IMG/VR virus record: IMGVR_UViG_3300043410_001140
Location: 1-61,423 of that record
Source: a virus
Lineage: Duplodnaviria > Caudoviricetes
Length of the DNA: 61,423 bases
Direction: 5' to 3' (one strand)
The notes below the pieces were generated by a model. The model was not told the DNA's origin, ran no database searches, and was given only the letters and a program-made list of their open reading frames with translations. This document shows, piece by piece, positions 1 to 9,664 of this stretch (its first letter is position 1; every line of letters starts with the position of its first letter). Made by a program: the position numbers and the translations under genes.

Positions 1-354
1 GTAAGTTAAAAGGTTTCAAAGTGAATACTGCAACATGCAATAGCCACTTAAAAACCCACTGCCACGCTTGCTAGGCGTGTTTAGACCATGCCGCATATTC
101 GCGGTTTAGGGCATGCAGTGAGTTATACCGCTTGATTACTTCACCCAAATCAAGAAAAAGTTAGGCCCATAGTATTACCATGTAATACCGACACCACAAA
201 ATTGATTGTTAAAAAGCATTACATCCACAAAATGCACCATGCGACCTATACATGAAAGCGATAGCAAAAGCCATGCGATACGATGCACAGACACAATGAA
301 CCTTGCGTTACCTTACGGCGTGACGCTTGAGATACGATCATCTCAATAACGGGA

Positions 355-409
355 TTGACCCGACAAGGCAGTTTTGCCACCCTGTACTAATGGTTTTGAC
401 CCGACAAGG
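355..409. repeat. 14-bp direct repeat TTGACCCGACAAGG x2, followed by a G-rich tract
   Basis: Copies at 355-368 and 396-409; GGGGTGGGGGGAGGG at about 408-422. Confidence 0.85.
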
Positions 410-534
410 GGTGGGGGGAGGGACACGGACGATGCGACCCCGCGCCACCCTTACGTATGCCGCACATCGCAAGGTCTAATTTTTAGCAATATACATACAT
501 TCGCCACACCTAACCGCAAAAACGCCCCATGCAC

Positions 535-562
535 TTGACATACACACCATAAAATGCACAAT
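535..562 (+). promoter_or_regulatory. Putative sigma70-like promoter for the structural operon
   Basis: TTGACA at 535-540, 16-nt spacer, CACAAT; GGAGG SD before ATG 591. Confidence 0.5.
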
Positions 563-590
563 ACACACGTCACAACATCACGGAGGCCAC

Positions 591-812
591 ATGGCAACCA
601 ACTTGAAGAAACTGTTTGCGGGTAAGGAAACCGCCAAAGAGGAAAAGGGCGAAGCCAAAGCGCTGAAGTCCGGCAAAATTTCCGTTGGCCAGTACATGAA
701 AGGCGAAAAGTCTGAAGGTGAAAAACCCTCGAAGAAAACCGCCGAAGCCATCAAGTCCGGCAAAATGAGCCCTGCGGCTTATGCCAAACAAGACAAAAAG
801 GAGAAAAAGTGA
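591..812 (+). CDS. Small Lys-rich protein with internal repeat (A.A.KSGK.S...Y x2)
   Basis: GGAGG SD; stop overlaps next start. Confidence 0.8.
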   Translation: MATNLKKLFAGKETAKEEKGEAKALKSGKISVGQYMKGEKSEGEKPSKKTAEAIKSGKMSPAAYAKQDKKEKK

Positions 813-991
813 TGTCTAAAAATTGGATCGCTGGCGCCACGAAAAACAAAGGCGCATTGCACAAAAACTTGGGTGTGCCCGCTGGTGAAAAAATCCCAGC
901 CAAGAAATTGGCCGCTGCTGCAAAAGAAAAAGGCAAGGTTGGCAAAGAAGCCCGCTTGGCCGAAACTCTGAAAGGTCTCAAGAAAAAATGA
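809..991 (+). CDS. Small basic phage protein (WIAGA..KGALHK.LGVP.GEKIP type)
   Basis: SD AAGGAG, coupled to neighbours. Confidence 0.8.
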   Translation: MMSKNWIAGATKNKGALHKNLGVPAGEKIPAKKLAAAAKEKGKVGKEARLAETLKGLKKK

Positions 992-1137
992 AGCGCTACA
1001 ACTTCTTTTTGCCAGATTCAATCGTGGGCGTACTGCGCGAAGAAGCACAGCGTTCTGGGCTGACCATGTCAGAGATCATTCGCAAAGTCTTGGCCGTGTA
1101 CACATCGAAAGTGGCAGAGAAGCATGTCGCTGAATGA
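988..1137 (+). CDS. Ribbon-helix-helix (CopG/Arc-like) DNA-binding protein, 49 aa
   Basis: Not in ORF track; manual translation MKRYNFFLPDSIVGVLREEAQRSGLTMSEIIRKVLAVY...; ATGA overlap with upstream gene. Confidence 0.75.
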   Translation: MKRYNFFLPDSIVGVLREEAQRSGLTMSEIIRKVLAVYTSKVAEKHVAE

Positions 1138-1618
1138 CCTTGACGATTTTGCGGAGTACAACGAGTTCGCGCTCTCGCCGAGCGCCGTTGAACCTCATGT
1201 CACTTTAGACATCCCGCCCCAGTTGGTGTGGGAGTGCGCTGCAGGGTTGGAGAACCCGACTGATGTGGCGTCTCGATTTGGTTTCACCGGTGCGAAGTGG
1301 GAGCGCTTACAACAATGGCCTCCGTTTATCAATGCAGTGCAAGCGCAGCGCGCGGAGTTTGAACGCAACGGGATGACCTTCAGGCTCAAGGCTGGGTTGA
1401 TGGCTGAGGAAATGATGAGTCAAATGTTCAAGCAGGCCATATCCAACGACAGCACCATACTGCAAAAACTCAGTGTGTTTAACTCGCTGGTCGACGTGGC
1501 TGGGCTCAAGCCGGACAAAAAAGCGGTGGAGACCAACGTGCAGGCGGCTCCCAAGTTCAGCATTACCATTAACATCCCACAGGCACCGGGGCCAACGCCC
1601 GTAACCATAGATGGCTAA
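1124..1618 (+). CDS. Putative terminase small subunit
   Basis: Size, helical N-terminus, FSITINI C-terminal strand, position upstream of TerL. Confidence 0.55.
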   Translation: MSLNDLDDFAEYNEFALSPSAVEPHVTLDIPPQLVWECAAGLENPTDVASRFGFTGAKWERLQQWPPFINAVQAQRAEFERNGMTFRLKAGLMAEEMMSQMFKQAISNDSTILQKLSVFNSLVDVAGLKPDKKAVETNVQAAPKFSITINIPQAPGPTPVTIDG

Positions 1619-1823
1619 AATCATTCCGTTTACTGGGATTACCAAGCATGACTTGGACCCTGACGTTGTTCTAGAAAACCTTAAAGGAAAACTTGAAGGG
1701 TTTGTGCTGATTGGGTATACACCTGACGGCGAAGAATATTTTTCATCGACTTACGCAGACGGGGGCACGGCGCTCTGGCTGATAGAGCGGTGCAAGAAAG
1801 AATTGTTGAACATAGATGGCTAA
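1611..1823 (+). CDS. Hypothetical protein
   Basis: Overlap-coupled ORF between TerS-like gene and TerL. Confidence 0.7.
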   Translation: MAKIIPFTGITKHDLDPDVVLENLKGKLEGFVLIGYTPDGEEYFSSTYADGGTALWLIERCKKELLNIDG

Positions 1824-3216
1824 CCTAGTCTACACACCACCCTTGTCGGTGGTTCCATTTCTTACATCAGACAAGTTTGCGAACTTCATTGTTGGGCCGG
1901 TGGGTTCGACAAAGACAACTGCGTCTCTGATCAAGATTGGTTACGAAGCCGCGCGCATCAAAGCAAGTCCAGATGGCATCCGCCGTTCGCGCTGCGCTGT
2001 TATTCGTAACACCCGTCAGATGTTGTGGGACACGACGATCCCAGATTTCTTGAAATGGTATCCAGATGGAGAAGCCGGTGTCCTTGAAAAAACCAACTCG
2101 AAGTTCTTGCTCAAGTTTGATGATGTTGAGTGTGAAGTGCTATTTAGGGGTCTGGATGATGCTAATGATGCTAGACGCCTTCTTTCCCTCCAGCTCACCT
2201 TTGGTGTTATGGACGAGTTTCGAGAGATCAATCCTGACATTTATAACGCTCTCACCGGTCGCCTTGGCCGCTATCCTGATAAAACGATGAACGGTGTGGG
2301 TGCGTGCGACGATGCAGGCAACCAGATTCACAAAGTTTGGGGCGCTACCAACCCGCCGGACGCTGATTCGTTTTGGGAAAAGCTGCTCAATGAGCCGCCC
2401 GAGAACATGCACGTCACCATCCAGCCAAGCGGGCTCGCGCAAGAAGCTGACTGGGTTCAATACCTGCCAGACGGGTACTACGAAAACTTGTGCGAAGGCA
2501 AATCGGAGGACTGGATTGATGTCTACGTTCATGGCAAATTCGGCAAATCGCTCTCTGGACAGCCTGTATTCCGAGCTTTTAATCGAGATACACACGTCGC
2601 CAAGCAGACCCTCAACCACATCAAACTACAAACCCATCCTCTCATTATCGGAATGGACTTCGGACTTACACCGGCATGCACAATCAACCAAGTTGATGCC
2701 CAAGGACGACTCCTCACATTCGCAGACCTGACCTCTGATGGCATGGGAACGTTGCGTTTTTGCCGCGAAAAGTTGAAACCATTGTTGGCCAACCGGTTCC
2801 CGGGCATGAACGTGCTGATTATTGGTGACCCTGCCGGGCAGCAGCGTGCGCAGACTGATGAGCGTTCGGTGTTTGATATCCTGCGCGCCGAGGGGTTTCG
2901 GGTCATTCCGGCTAAATCCAACAGTGTTGTGGCACGTGTTAACGCAGTCGATAAGATGCTTACACGTACGGTAGATGGCAAACCCGGTCATTTGATTGAC
3001 CCAAGCTGTACGCATTTAATTGCTGCACTGCGCGGTGGATATAGGTATAAAATCCGTCAAAATGGCGAAGCGGACGACAAGCCCGAGAAAAATTCCCATT
3101 CCCACATTGCAGATGCCCACCAGTATGCTTGCTTGCACGCTGATGGAAACGTCACAGGCGATACGTGGGCTCGCAAAGCAGTCGAAGTAAAACGAGTTGA
3201 CTACGTGTGGACTTGA
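1816..3216 (+). CDS. terL: Terminase large subunit
   Basis: Walker A GPVGSTKT, Walker B VMDEFRE, ATNPP motif, RNase H-like IIGMDFG and C-terminal HIADA. Confidence 0.93.
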   Translation: MANLVYTPPLSVVPFLTSDKFANFIVGPVGSTKTTASLIKIGYEAARIKASPDGIRRSRCAVIRNTRQMLWDTTIPDFLKWYPDGEAGVLEKTNSKFLLKFDDVECEVLFRGLDDANDARRLLSLQLTFGVMDEFREINPDIYNALTGRLGRYPDKTMNGVGACDDAGNQIHKVWGATNPPDADSFWEKLLNEPPENMHVTIQPSGLAQEADWVQYLPDGYYENLCEGKSEDWIDVYVHGKFGKSLSGQPVFRAFNRDTHVAKQTLNHIKLQTHPLIIGMDFGLTPACTINQVDAQGRLLTFADLTSDGMGTLRFCREKLKPLLANRFPGMNVLIIGDPAGQQRAQTDERSVFDILRAEGFRVIPAKSNSVVARVNAVDKMLTRTVDGKPGHLIDPSCTHLIAALRGGYRYKIRQNGEADDKPEKNSHSHIADAHQYACLHADGNVTGDTWARKAVEVKRVDYVWT

Positions 3217-3263
3217 CAAGTAGACTCTGCCCCTATACCCCCTAAGTACAAAGTGACGCGCAT

Positions 3264-5387
3264 ATGCAACTTGGCTTGAACATTACCAATTCAACCGCTC
3301 CCGGTACTACTACCACGGGCGGCATGGTTACTATTAAGTCTCTCAAGGCTTTGCAGGATGAGCAGCGCGCGGCGGCGCAACTGCAGAACTCACAACCAGT
3401 CGTTCAAGCTTTAGCTGGCTACATCCGTAAAACTTGGATGAGCTCAATGCTGGCCAAGCAGCAGACGTCTGAAATCAAAATGCTCAAGTCCGTGCGCGCG
3501 CGTCGCGGCGAATACGATCCCGATAAGCTCGCTCAGCTTCGGGAGCAAGGCAGTTCCACCATCTACATGATGTTGACTTCGAACAAATGCCGTGCTGCAT
3601 CGAGCTGGTTGCGCGACACGCTGGTTACGTCTTCGGATGAAAAACCTTGGACGATCAAACCCGGGGCGATTCCTGACCTGCCCCCCAACGAAGTTGAAAG
3701 CATTTTGCAGCAAGCCCAGCAAGAAGTGGCTCAGCTGTATGCCAGCGGACAGCCGCCTACGGATCAGCAAGTTCGGGAACGCTTGCTTGAGATGAAAGAC
3801 ATTGCGATGTCCCACATGAAGGACGTTGCCCAGCGCACAGCCGAGCGCATGGAAGTCAAAATGACTGACCAGTTGCAAGAAGGCGGGTTCCAAAAGGCGT
3901 TCAGCGATTTCCTTGACGACATCACGACGTTCCCAGCGGCGTTTATCAAAGGCCCGGTTGTCCGCAAACGCCCCAAAATGAAATGGGTTCCCGGCAGCAA
4001 CGGGGACTACAAACTGCAAGTTGAAGACACATTGAGCTTGGAATGGGAGCGTGTTGACCCGTTCAACATTTACCCAGCAGCCGATGCGTCAGACGTTGAC
4101 GATGGCTCATTGATTGAGCGCCACAAACTGCACCGCGCTGATTTGCAAGCGTTGATTGGTGTTGAAGGCTACAGCGACGGCGCCATCCGCATGGTGCTTG
4201 AAGAATATGGTAAGGGCGGTCTGCGCGACTGGATTTACGTTGACATGAACAAAGCCGCTGCTGAAGGCAAATCGACTATGGGTGTGCAACAAAACCCGTC
4301 GGCATTGATTGATGCACTTCAGTTCTGGGGCAACGTGCAAGGCCAGCTTTTGCGCGACTGGGGCATGACCGAAGACGAAGTTCCCGATCCATTGATTGAC
4401 TACCCCATCGAGGCTTGGGTTATCGGTTCTTGGGTCATCAAGGCAGTGATCAACCCTGATCCACTGGGGCGTAAACCTTACTACAAGGCCAGCTATGAAG
4501 AAGTACCGGGAGCGTATTGGGGTAATTCTGTTGCTGATTTGTGTCGCGATGCGCAAGATATCTGTAACGCTGCGGCACGTGCATTGGTGAACAACATGTC
4601 GATTGCGTCCGGCCCGCAGGTCGTGTACAACATCGACAGACTGCCACAAGGCGAAAACATCACTCAGATGTACCCATGGAAGGTATGGCAAGTTACGTCT
4701 GACCCAATGGCGGGCAGCGCTGCCCCCATGCAGTTTTTCCAACCCAGCTCGTTGTCACAAGAGCTCATGGCTGTGTACGAGAAGTTTTCTGTGCTGGCTG
4801 ACGAATATACGGGTATTCCCCGATATATGACTGGCGATTCTGGCGCGGGCGGCGCGGGTCGCACGGCTTCGGGTATGAGCATGCTCATGTCTAACGCTGG
4901 CAAAGCCATCAAACAAGTGATTGCGTCGATTGACGAAAACGTGTTGCGCTTGGCCATCGAACGGTTGTACTACTACAACATGCAGTATGGCGATGATCCT
5001 GACCTCAAAGGCGATGTGAACATCGTCGCGCGCGGCGCGATGTCGCTGATGATCAAGGAACAAGCCCAGATGCGCCAGAACCAGTTCTTGCAGATTGCGC
5101 TGTCTAACCCGATCACGCAGCAGATCGTAGGCGTCGAAGGCATTGCAGAAATCCTGCGCCAAGCCGCCAAAACGCTTGACCTCAACCCAGACAACATTGT
5201 CCCGCCCGTTGAAATCATCAAGCAGCGCATGGCTCAGCAACAGCAAGCCGCCATGGCGCAACAGCAGCAACTGGCCGCAATGCAGCAAAATGGTGGCACG
5301 CCGCCAAACGCGAAACCCGGTGCGACGTTGCAAAATGGAGCCCCTGTTACCAACAATTTTGCGCCACTTCCCGGCGTAGGCTCTTGA
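3264..5387 (+). CDS. Portal (head-tail connector) protein
   Basis: 707 aa directly after TerL; ERVDPFNIYP and RTASGMSML motifs; Gln-rich C-terminal tail. Confidence 0.88.
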   Translation: MQLGLNITNSTAPGTTTTGGMVTIKSLKALQDEQRAAAQLQNSQPVVQALAGYIRKTWMSSMLAKQQTSEIKMLKSVRARRGEYDPDKLAQLREQGSSTIYMMLTSNKCRAASSWLRDTLVTSSDEKPWTIKPGAIPDLPPNEVESILQQAQQEVAQLYASGQPPTDQQVRERLLEMKDIAMSHMKDVAQRTAERMEVKMTDQLQEGGFQKAFSDFLDDITTFPAAFIKGPVVRKRPKMKWVPGSNGDYKLQVEDTLSLEWERVDPFNIYPAADASDVDDGSLIERHKLHRADLQALIGVEGYSDGAIRMVLEEYGKGGLRDWIYVDMNKAAAEGKSTMGVQQNPSALIDALQFWGNVQGQLLRDWGMTEDEVPDPLIDYPIEAWVIGSWVIKAVINPDPLGRKPYYKASYEEVPGAYWGNSVADLCRDAQDICNAAARALVNNMSIASGPQVVYNIDRLPQGENITQMYPWKVWQVTSDPMAGSAAPMQFFQPSSLSQELMAVYEKFSVLADEYTGIPRYMTGDSGAGGAGRTASGMSMLMSNAGKAIKQVIASIDENVLRLAIERLYYYNMQYGDDPDLKGDVNIVARGAMSLMIKEQAQMRQNQFLQIALSNPITQQIVGVEGIAEILRQAAKTLDLNPDNIVPPVEIIKQRMAQQQQAAMAQQQQLAAMQQNGGTPPNAKPGATLQNGAPVTNNFAPLPGVGS

Positions 5388-5411
5388 CAACACTAAAATG
5401 TTGTACATAAT
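5384..5411 (+). promoter_or_regulatory. Putative sigma70 promoter with overlapping inverted repeat
   Basis: TTGACA-16-CATAAT; ACAACA-N6-TGTTGT palindrome spans the spacer. Confidence 0.55.
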
Positions 5412-5436
5412 CACATCAACTTAACGGAGTAATCCC

Positions 5437-5628
5437 ATGAAAGCAATTGAACCCAAAGAGTCACGCTCGCAAGAGTACGCTCAAGAATCTGCCAAGACCG
5501 ATGGTATGTCCAAAGGTCCTGCAAGCCAAGGCAATGGCGGCAGCGACGGCGGCATCTTCGCTACTTTGAAACGTGGTGGCAAAGAATTGAGCCAAGAGTC
5601 TGCAAAGACTGACGGCCTGTGCAAATAA
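5437..5628 (+). CDS. Small hypothetical protein with duplicated QESAKTDG motif
   Basis: GGAG SD; internal repeat. Confidence 0.75.
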   Translation: MKAIEPKESRSQEYAQESAKTDGMSKGPASQGNGGSDGGIFATLKRGGKELSQESAKTDGLCK

Positions 5629-5862
5629 ATGTCAGTGCGAGTTGACGAGCGTACTGCTCGTTGCCTTACACTATTGAAATCCCAAGAGTTCAATCCGCTG
5701 ATAGAATTCTTACAACTGACCCACGCAGACACGCTACAGCGCCTGAGTGAGTCGAAAGACACGAATGAAATGCTACGGCTTCAGGGCCGGGCGTTGCAGG
5801 TGAAGGACCTCCTTGACCTTGTTGATAGTGGTAGCACATTGTTAACTAAACTTCGCCGATGA
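5629..5862 (+). CDS. Small helical protein typical between portal and scaffold
   Basis: RLQGRA motif, synteny. Confidence 0.7.
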   Translation: MSVRVDERTARCLTLLKSQEFNPLIEFLQLTHADTLQRLSESKDTNEMLRLQGRALQVKDLLDLVDSGSTLLTKLRR

Positions 5863-5980
5863 TGGGCCCACCCGCAAGGGCGCTCAGAATCAAAATTAAC
5901 CGTAGTAGCTGACCGTAAGCGTGAGTGGGCACACCGTAACCGGAGCCTTCCAGCGTAGTCGGAGCGAAGGAGATAGAGAT

Positions 5981-6940
5981 ATGGCCTTGCCTCGTGCTGT
6001 TCAACAGCAAGTTGATGATGCAGATGCGTATGTAGCGCAACTCAATGGAACCCAGCCTGTTAACCCGGATACTGGTGAACCTGTAGTACCTGAACCTCAA
6101 CCCGCACTCGAACCACAACCGCAACCAGTCTCGCAAGAGCCTGAACCAAAACCAGTGGTGCCTGAAGCAACGTGGGAACAAAAATACCACACGCTGAAAG
6201 GTAAGTTTGACGCTGAAGTGCCCCGTTTGTATGCGCAAGTGCGCGAGATGAATGATCAAATCAAACAACTCGTCGCAGAAAACGCTGCAGCCAAAGCACA
6301 ACCAGCTCCAACTGTTCCGGTTTCGGATCGTCCTCTTATCACTGAACAAGACAAAGAAGCATTCGGTTCTGATTTGCTCGACTTGATTGATCGTGCGACT
6401 GAGCAGAAATTGGCGGGTAGCCGTCAACTTGAAGCCCAGCTCCGCGCAGAAATCGAACAGTTGAACAACAAATTGGGGAACGTTACTGAGCGACAAGTGG
6501 TGTCTGACAAAGACCGCTACGAGTCTGCCCTGACCAACGCAGTACCTGATTGGCAAGCGATGAACGTGGATCAAGGCTTTTTGGCTTGGTTGGCAGAAGT
6601 AGACCCTGTGTATGGGATGCCTCGTCAGTATGCGCTTAACAACGCTTACGAATCGCTGGACGCCACACGCACGGCCAACATCTTCAATCAATACAAGAAG
6701 ACACTTGCACCTGCAACTCAAGCGCAGCCCAAGCCAAATCTTCAGAGTCAAGTAGCACCGACCCGCTCGCGTACGTCGCCAGCTCCTACGAATCCAAACG
6801 TGGATAAGCGTGTTTATACCCAACAGGATATTGACGCGTTTTACTCCGAATGGCGACGTGGAATGATCGACGAGGCAGAAGCGGTGCAGATTGAAAAAGA
6901 TATTCACGCCGCCACCCAAGAAGGTCGCATTCGCTATTAA
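5981..6940 (+). CDS. Capsid scaffolding protein
   Basis: AAGGAG SD before ATG 5981; P/E/Q-rich N-terminus, coiled coil, ends EGRIRY; directly upstream of MCP. Confidence 0.8.
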   Translation: MALPRAVQQQVDDADAYVAQLNGTQPVNPDTGEPVVPEPQPALEPQPQPVSQEPEPKPVVPEATWEQKYHTLKGKFDAEVPRLYAQVREMNDQIKQLVAENAAAKAQPAPTVPVSDRPLITEQDKEAFGSDLLDLIDRATEQKLAGSRQLEAQLRAEIEQLNNKLGNVTERQVVSDKDRYESALTNAVPDWQAMNVDQGFLAWLAEVDPVYGMPRQYALNNAYESLDATRTANIFNQYKKTLAPATQAQPKPNLQSQVAPTRSRTSPAPTNPNVDKRVYTQQDIDAFYSEWRRGMIDEAEAVQIEKDIHAATQEGRIRY

Positions 6941-6998
6941 GCAGCACCAGTGGGCATGGCGGTAAACCAAACCGTTTTCTAACAACAGGAGTATTTCC

Positions 6999-8021
6999 AT
7001 GTCCACAGTAACCGCTGCAGCAGCGTATCCCATTAACTCCGGTGGTTTCAACACCCCCGGCGGTCAGGTAGCCTATTCCGGCACCGCCTATTCCGGCACG
7101 TTCATTCCAGCCCTCTGGTCTGGCAAGTTGGCACAGAAGTTCTATGCCGCTACCGTGTTCGGTGAAATCGCCAATACCGATTGGCAAGGTGACATCACTG
7201 GTATGGGCGATACCGTGATCATCAACACCATCCCATCCATCACAATCAACAGCTACAGCGTTGGTCAAAACTTGGCCTACGAAGTTCCAGCTCCCAGCAC
7301 CATCACTTTGGTGATCAACAAGGGCAAATACTTCGGCGTCAACGTCAACAACGTGTTGGAACTGCAAGCCAAGCCCAAATTGATGGACATGTTCACCAAT
7401 GACGCCGCGATGCAGATGAAAATCAATATCGACAAAGACGTGCTGTACACCAACTTCAACCAAGGCGACGCTGCCAACCAAGGCGCTACCGCTGGTGCGA
7501 TCTCTGGTGGCTACAACTTGGGCACTGACACAACCCCAGTCACTTTGACTGCTTCTAACATCTTGTCGAGCATCACTGCTTTGTCAAGCGTGTTGGACGA
7601 AGCCAACGTGCCTGAAACTGATCGTTGGTTGATCATTACCCCCACAGAGCGTCAAATCTTGATGCAATCGAACTTGGCTCAAGCCCAGTTCATGGGTGAC
7701 GCTTCCAGCGTTTTGCGCAACGGCAAAATCGGCATGATTGACCGTTTCACTGTGTACGTGAGCAACTTGGTTCCACGTGGTGCAGCCAACAAAACTTGGA
7801 TGAACCCCAACACTGGCACTGACGCTACCGGCACCGGTAACGCCAAACGCCACGCCATCATGGCTGGCCACAAGTCTGCCATCACTTTCGCGTCGCAAAT
7901 CGCCAAAGTTGAATCGTTGCAAAACCCCAACGACTTCGGCACCTTGGTTCGCGGTCTGAACGTGTACGGCACACAAGTTGCTCAACCCAAAGGCTTGGCA
8001 CTGTTGGTCGCTGCGGGTTAA
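6999..8021 (+). CDS. Major capsid protein
   Basis: 340 aa; FIPALWS, GDTVII and VRGLNVYG motifs; strong SD; downstream hairpin. Confidence 0.92.
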   Translation: MSTVTAAAAYPINSGGFNTPGGQVAYSGTAYSGTFIPALWSGKLAQKFYAATVFGEIANTDWQGDITGMGDTVIINTIPSITINSYSVGQNLAYEVPAPSTITLVINKGKYFGVNVNNVLELQAKPKLMDMFTNDAAMQMKINIDKDVLYTNFNQGDAANQGATAGAISGGYNLGTDTTPVTLTASNILSSITALSSVLDEANVPETDRWLIITPTERQILMQSNLAQAQFMGDASSVLRNGKIGMIDRFTVYVSNLVPRGAANKTWMNPNTGTDATGTGNAKRHAIMAGHKSAITFASQIAKVESLQNPNDFGTLVRGLNVYGTQVAQPKGLALLVAAG

Positions 8022-8026
8022 TTAAT

Positions 8027-8046
8027 GGTGGGGGGTTTCCCCCACC
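8027..8046 (+). terminator. GC-rich hairpin after MCP
   Basis: GGTGGGGG-GTTT-CCCCCACC; weak U-tract. Confidence 0.55.
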
Positions 8047-8065
8047 TTCAACCTAGGAGATTGAC

Positions 8066-8317
8066 ATGGCAGTTATTGACGACTTGATCATCGCCGGTCT
8101 TTCGTACCCACAAGCCTTGGCTGTGATTGCGGAAGACACACTTGGCGATAACACCGACGGCCTAGTTGCAGCGGGTTTTTCTGTTACTCAAGCGCAGGCA
8201 ATGCATGCGTACGACGCTAACAAAACTGCTGACAATTTGGACGTGATTGTGCAACAAGGCATCTGGGCTGGTCCTGCTATTACAGCAATCGACGAGTCTC
8301 TTGATGTGACACCGTAA
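8066..8317 (+). CDS. Hypothetical acidic protein (L..AG.S..QA repeat x2)
   Basis: AGGAG SD. Confidence 0.75.
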   Translation: MAVIDDLIIAGLSYPQALAVIAEDTLGDNTDGLVAAGFSVTQAQAMHAYDANKTADNLDVIVQQGIWAGPAITAIDESLDVTP

Positions 8318-8324
8318 GGCAAAA

Positions 8325-9014
8325 ATGGGCACGGTAACAGCAAAAACCATCATCGACAAAGCTACCATTCAGCTTATCGACTTGGCCAACATTCGTTGGA
8401 CGCGAGCCGAGTTGCTTCAGTGGCTCAATGACGGTATGCGCCAAATCGTGCTCATTCAGCCGAGCGCGTCTTCCACAACTAGCGTTATCCAGTTGCAAGC
8501 TGGTACACGCCAATATATCCCATCTGATGGTTGGTTGTTGCTGGGCATTTACCGCAACATGGGCACAAACGGTTCTACACCGGGCCGCGCCATCCGCATC
8601 ATTTCTCGTGAAATTCTGGATGGGTTCAATCCCAACTGGAACACTGATAAAGCTACGGCTGAAGTCCGTAACTACATCTACACAAACCAAGACCAGCTGG
8701 CTTTTTATGTGTACCCCCCAAATACTGGTACGCAGCAAATCGAGATCAACTACTCAGCGCAGCCGACTGATCTGACTTCTGAATCTGAAGTGATTCCAAT
8801 TTTTGACGTCTTCCAATCTGCATTGGTGGACTACATGCTGTATCGCGCTTGTAGCAAAGACGCAGAATACGCCCCCGGATTGCAGTTGGCTCAAGGGTAC
8901 ATGGCTACATTCGTGGCTGCTATCCAAGGCAAGACCCAGTCTGAGGTTACGAACGATCCATCGCAGGCTCTTAACCCAGTTAATCCTGCCGTACGTGGGA
9001 CAACAACAGCATGA
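8325..9014 (+). CDS. Putative head-tail adaptor protein
   Basis: RWT..ELL.WLNDG and ALVDYMLYRA.SKD motifs; synteny. Confidence 0.7.
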   Translation: MGTVTAKTIIDKATIQLIDLANIRWTRAELLQWLNDGMRQIVLIQPSASSTTSVIQLQAGTRQYIPSDGWLLLGIYRNMGTNGSTPGRAIRIISREILDGFNPNWNTDKATAEVRNYIYTNQDQLAFYVYPPNTGTQQIEINYSAQPTDLTSESEVIPIFDVFQSALVDYMLYRACSKDAEYAPGLQLAQGYMATFVAAIQGKTQSEVTNDPSQALNPVNPAVRGTTTA

Positions 9015-9664
9015 CGACTACCGTTTCCTACGAAGCCTTTTTGCCAGAAGTTATGCCGTTTGTGCATGACGTGCCTGAGATCGTGGCACTTCAAGCCATT
9101 CGCAATGCTTGTATTGAATTCTGCGAAGAAACGCATTACCTGCAAGACACGCTTGACCCGATTGCGGGCATCATCAACCAAGGCGACTACGATCTGGATG
9201 CAAACGATTCCAACTACAAAGTAGTGGAGATCATGCAAGCCTATTATGGTGATCAATTGTTGATCCCCAAATCGCAAGAAGAACTCAACCAGATTTACCG
9301 CACTTCCAACTGGCAAAACTTAACCGGCAACCCATACTATTACTTTCGCCCGCGCGCGACAGTGATTCGTTTGGTCACAAAACCTGTGATCACAGAAGCC
9401 AACAAGTTGGTTATTCGTGCGGCATACGCGCCGACTCGTGCATCGAGCACAATCGACAGCGAAATCTTTGAACGGTTCCTTGAACAGATTGCTTTCGGCG
9501 CGCGCGCCCGTCTGTACAACACGCCAAACCAACCGTACTATGACCCCAAAACTGCAATGGAATACACCAAGCGGTTTAACGATGCGCTGGCAGAAGTCAG
9601 AACTCGTGTTTACAAAGGGTTAACCCGCACAGCGGTGCAAATCGAATTCCAGAGGTTCGCATGA
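9011..9664 (+). CDS. Putative second adaptor / tail tubular protein
   Basis: AIRNACIEFCEET motif; coupled to previous gene. Confidence 0.65.
   Translation: MTTTVSYEAFLPEVMPFVHDVPEIVALQAIRNACIEFCEETHYLQDTLDPIAGIINQGDYDLDANDSNYKVVEIMQAYYGDQLLIPKSQEELNQIYRTSNWQNLTGNPYYYFRPRATVIRLVTKPVITEANKLVIRAAYAPTRASSTIDSEIFERFLEQIAFGARARLYNTPNQPYYDPKTAMEYTKRFNDALAEVRTRVYKGLTRTAVQIEFQRFA

Larger units (their letters stand above)
1..645. repeat. Terminal direct repeat / circular overlap, copy 1
   Basis: Matches 60778-61423 with roughly 20 differences including a 1-nt indel; 519-645 is identical. Confidence 0.97.

Noticed and set aside
355-409. Mini CRISPR array
   Set aside because: Only two 14-bp repeats and no cas operon; the 40817 nuclease sits in a standard replication module.
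3213-3239. Promoter at the TTGACA overlapping the TerL stop
   Set aside because: Best -10 (TATACC) is weak and only 15 nt away.
5846-7054. 402-aa antisense ORF and similar long antisense ORFs over portal, MCP, PolA and ejection genes
   Set aside because: Shadow ORFs of strongly biased sense genes, with no SD or motifs.
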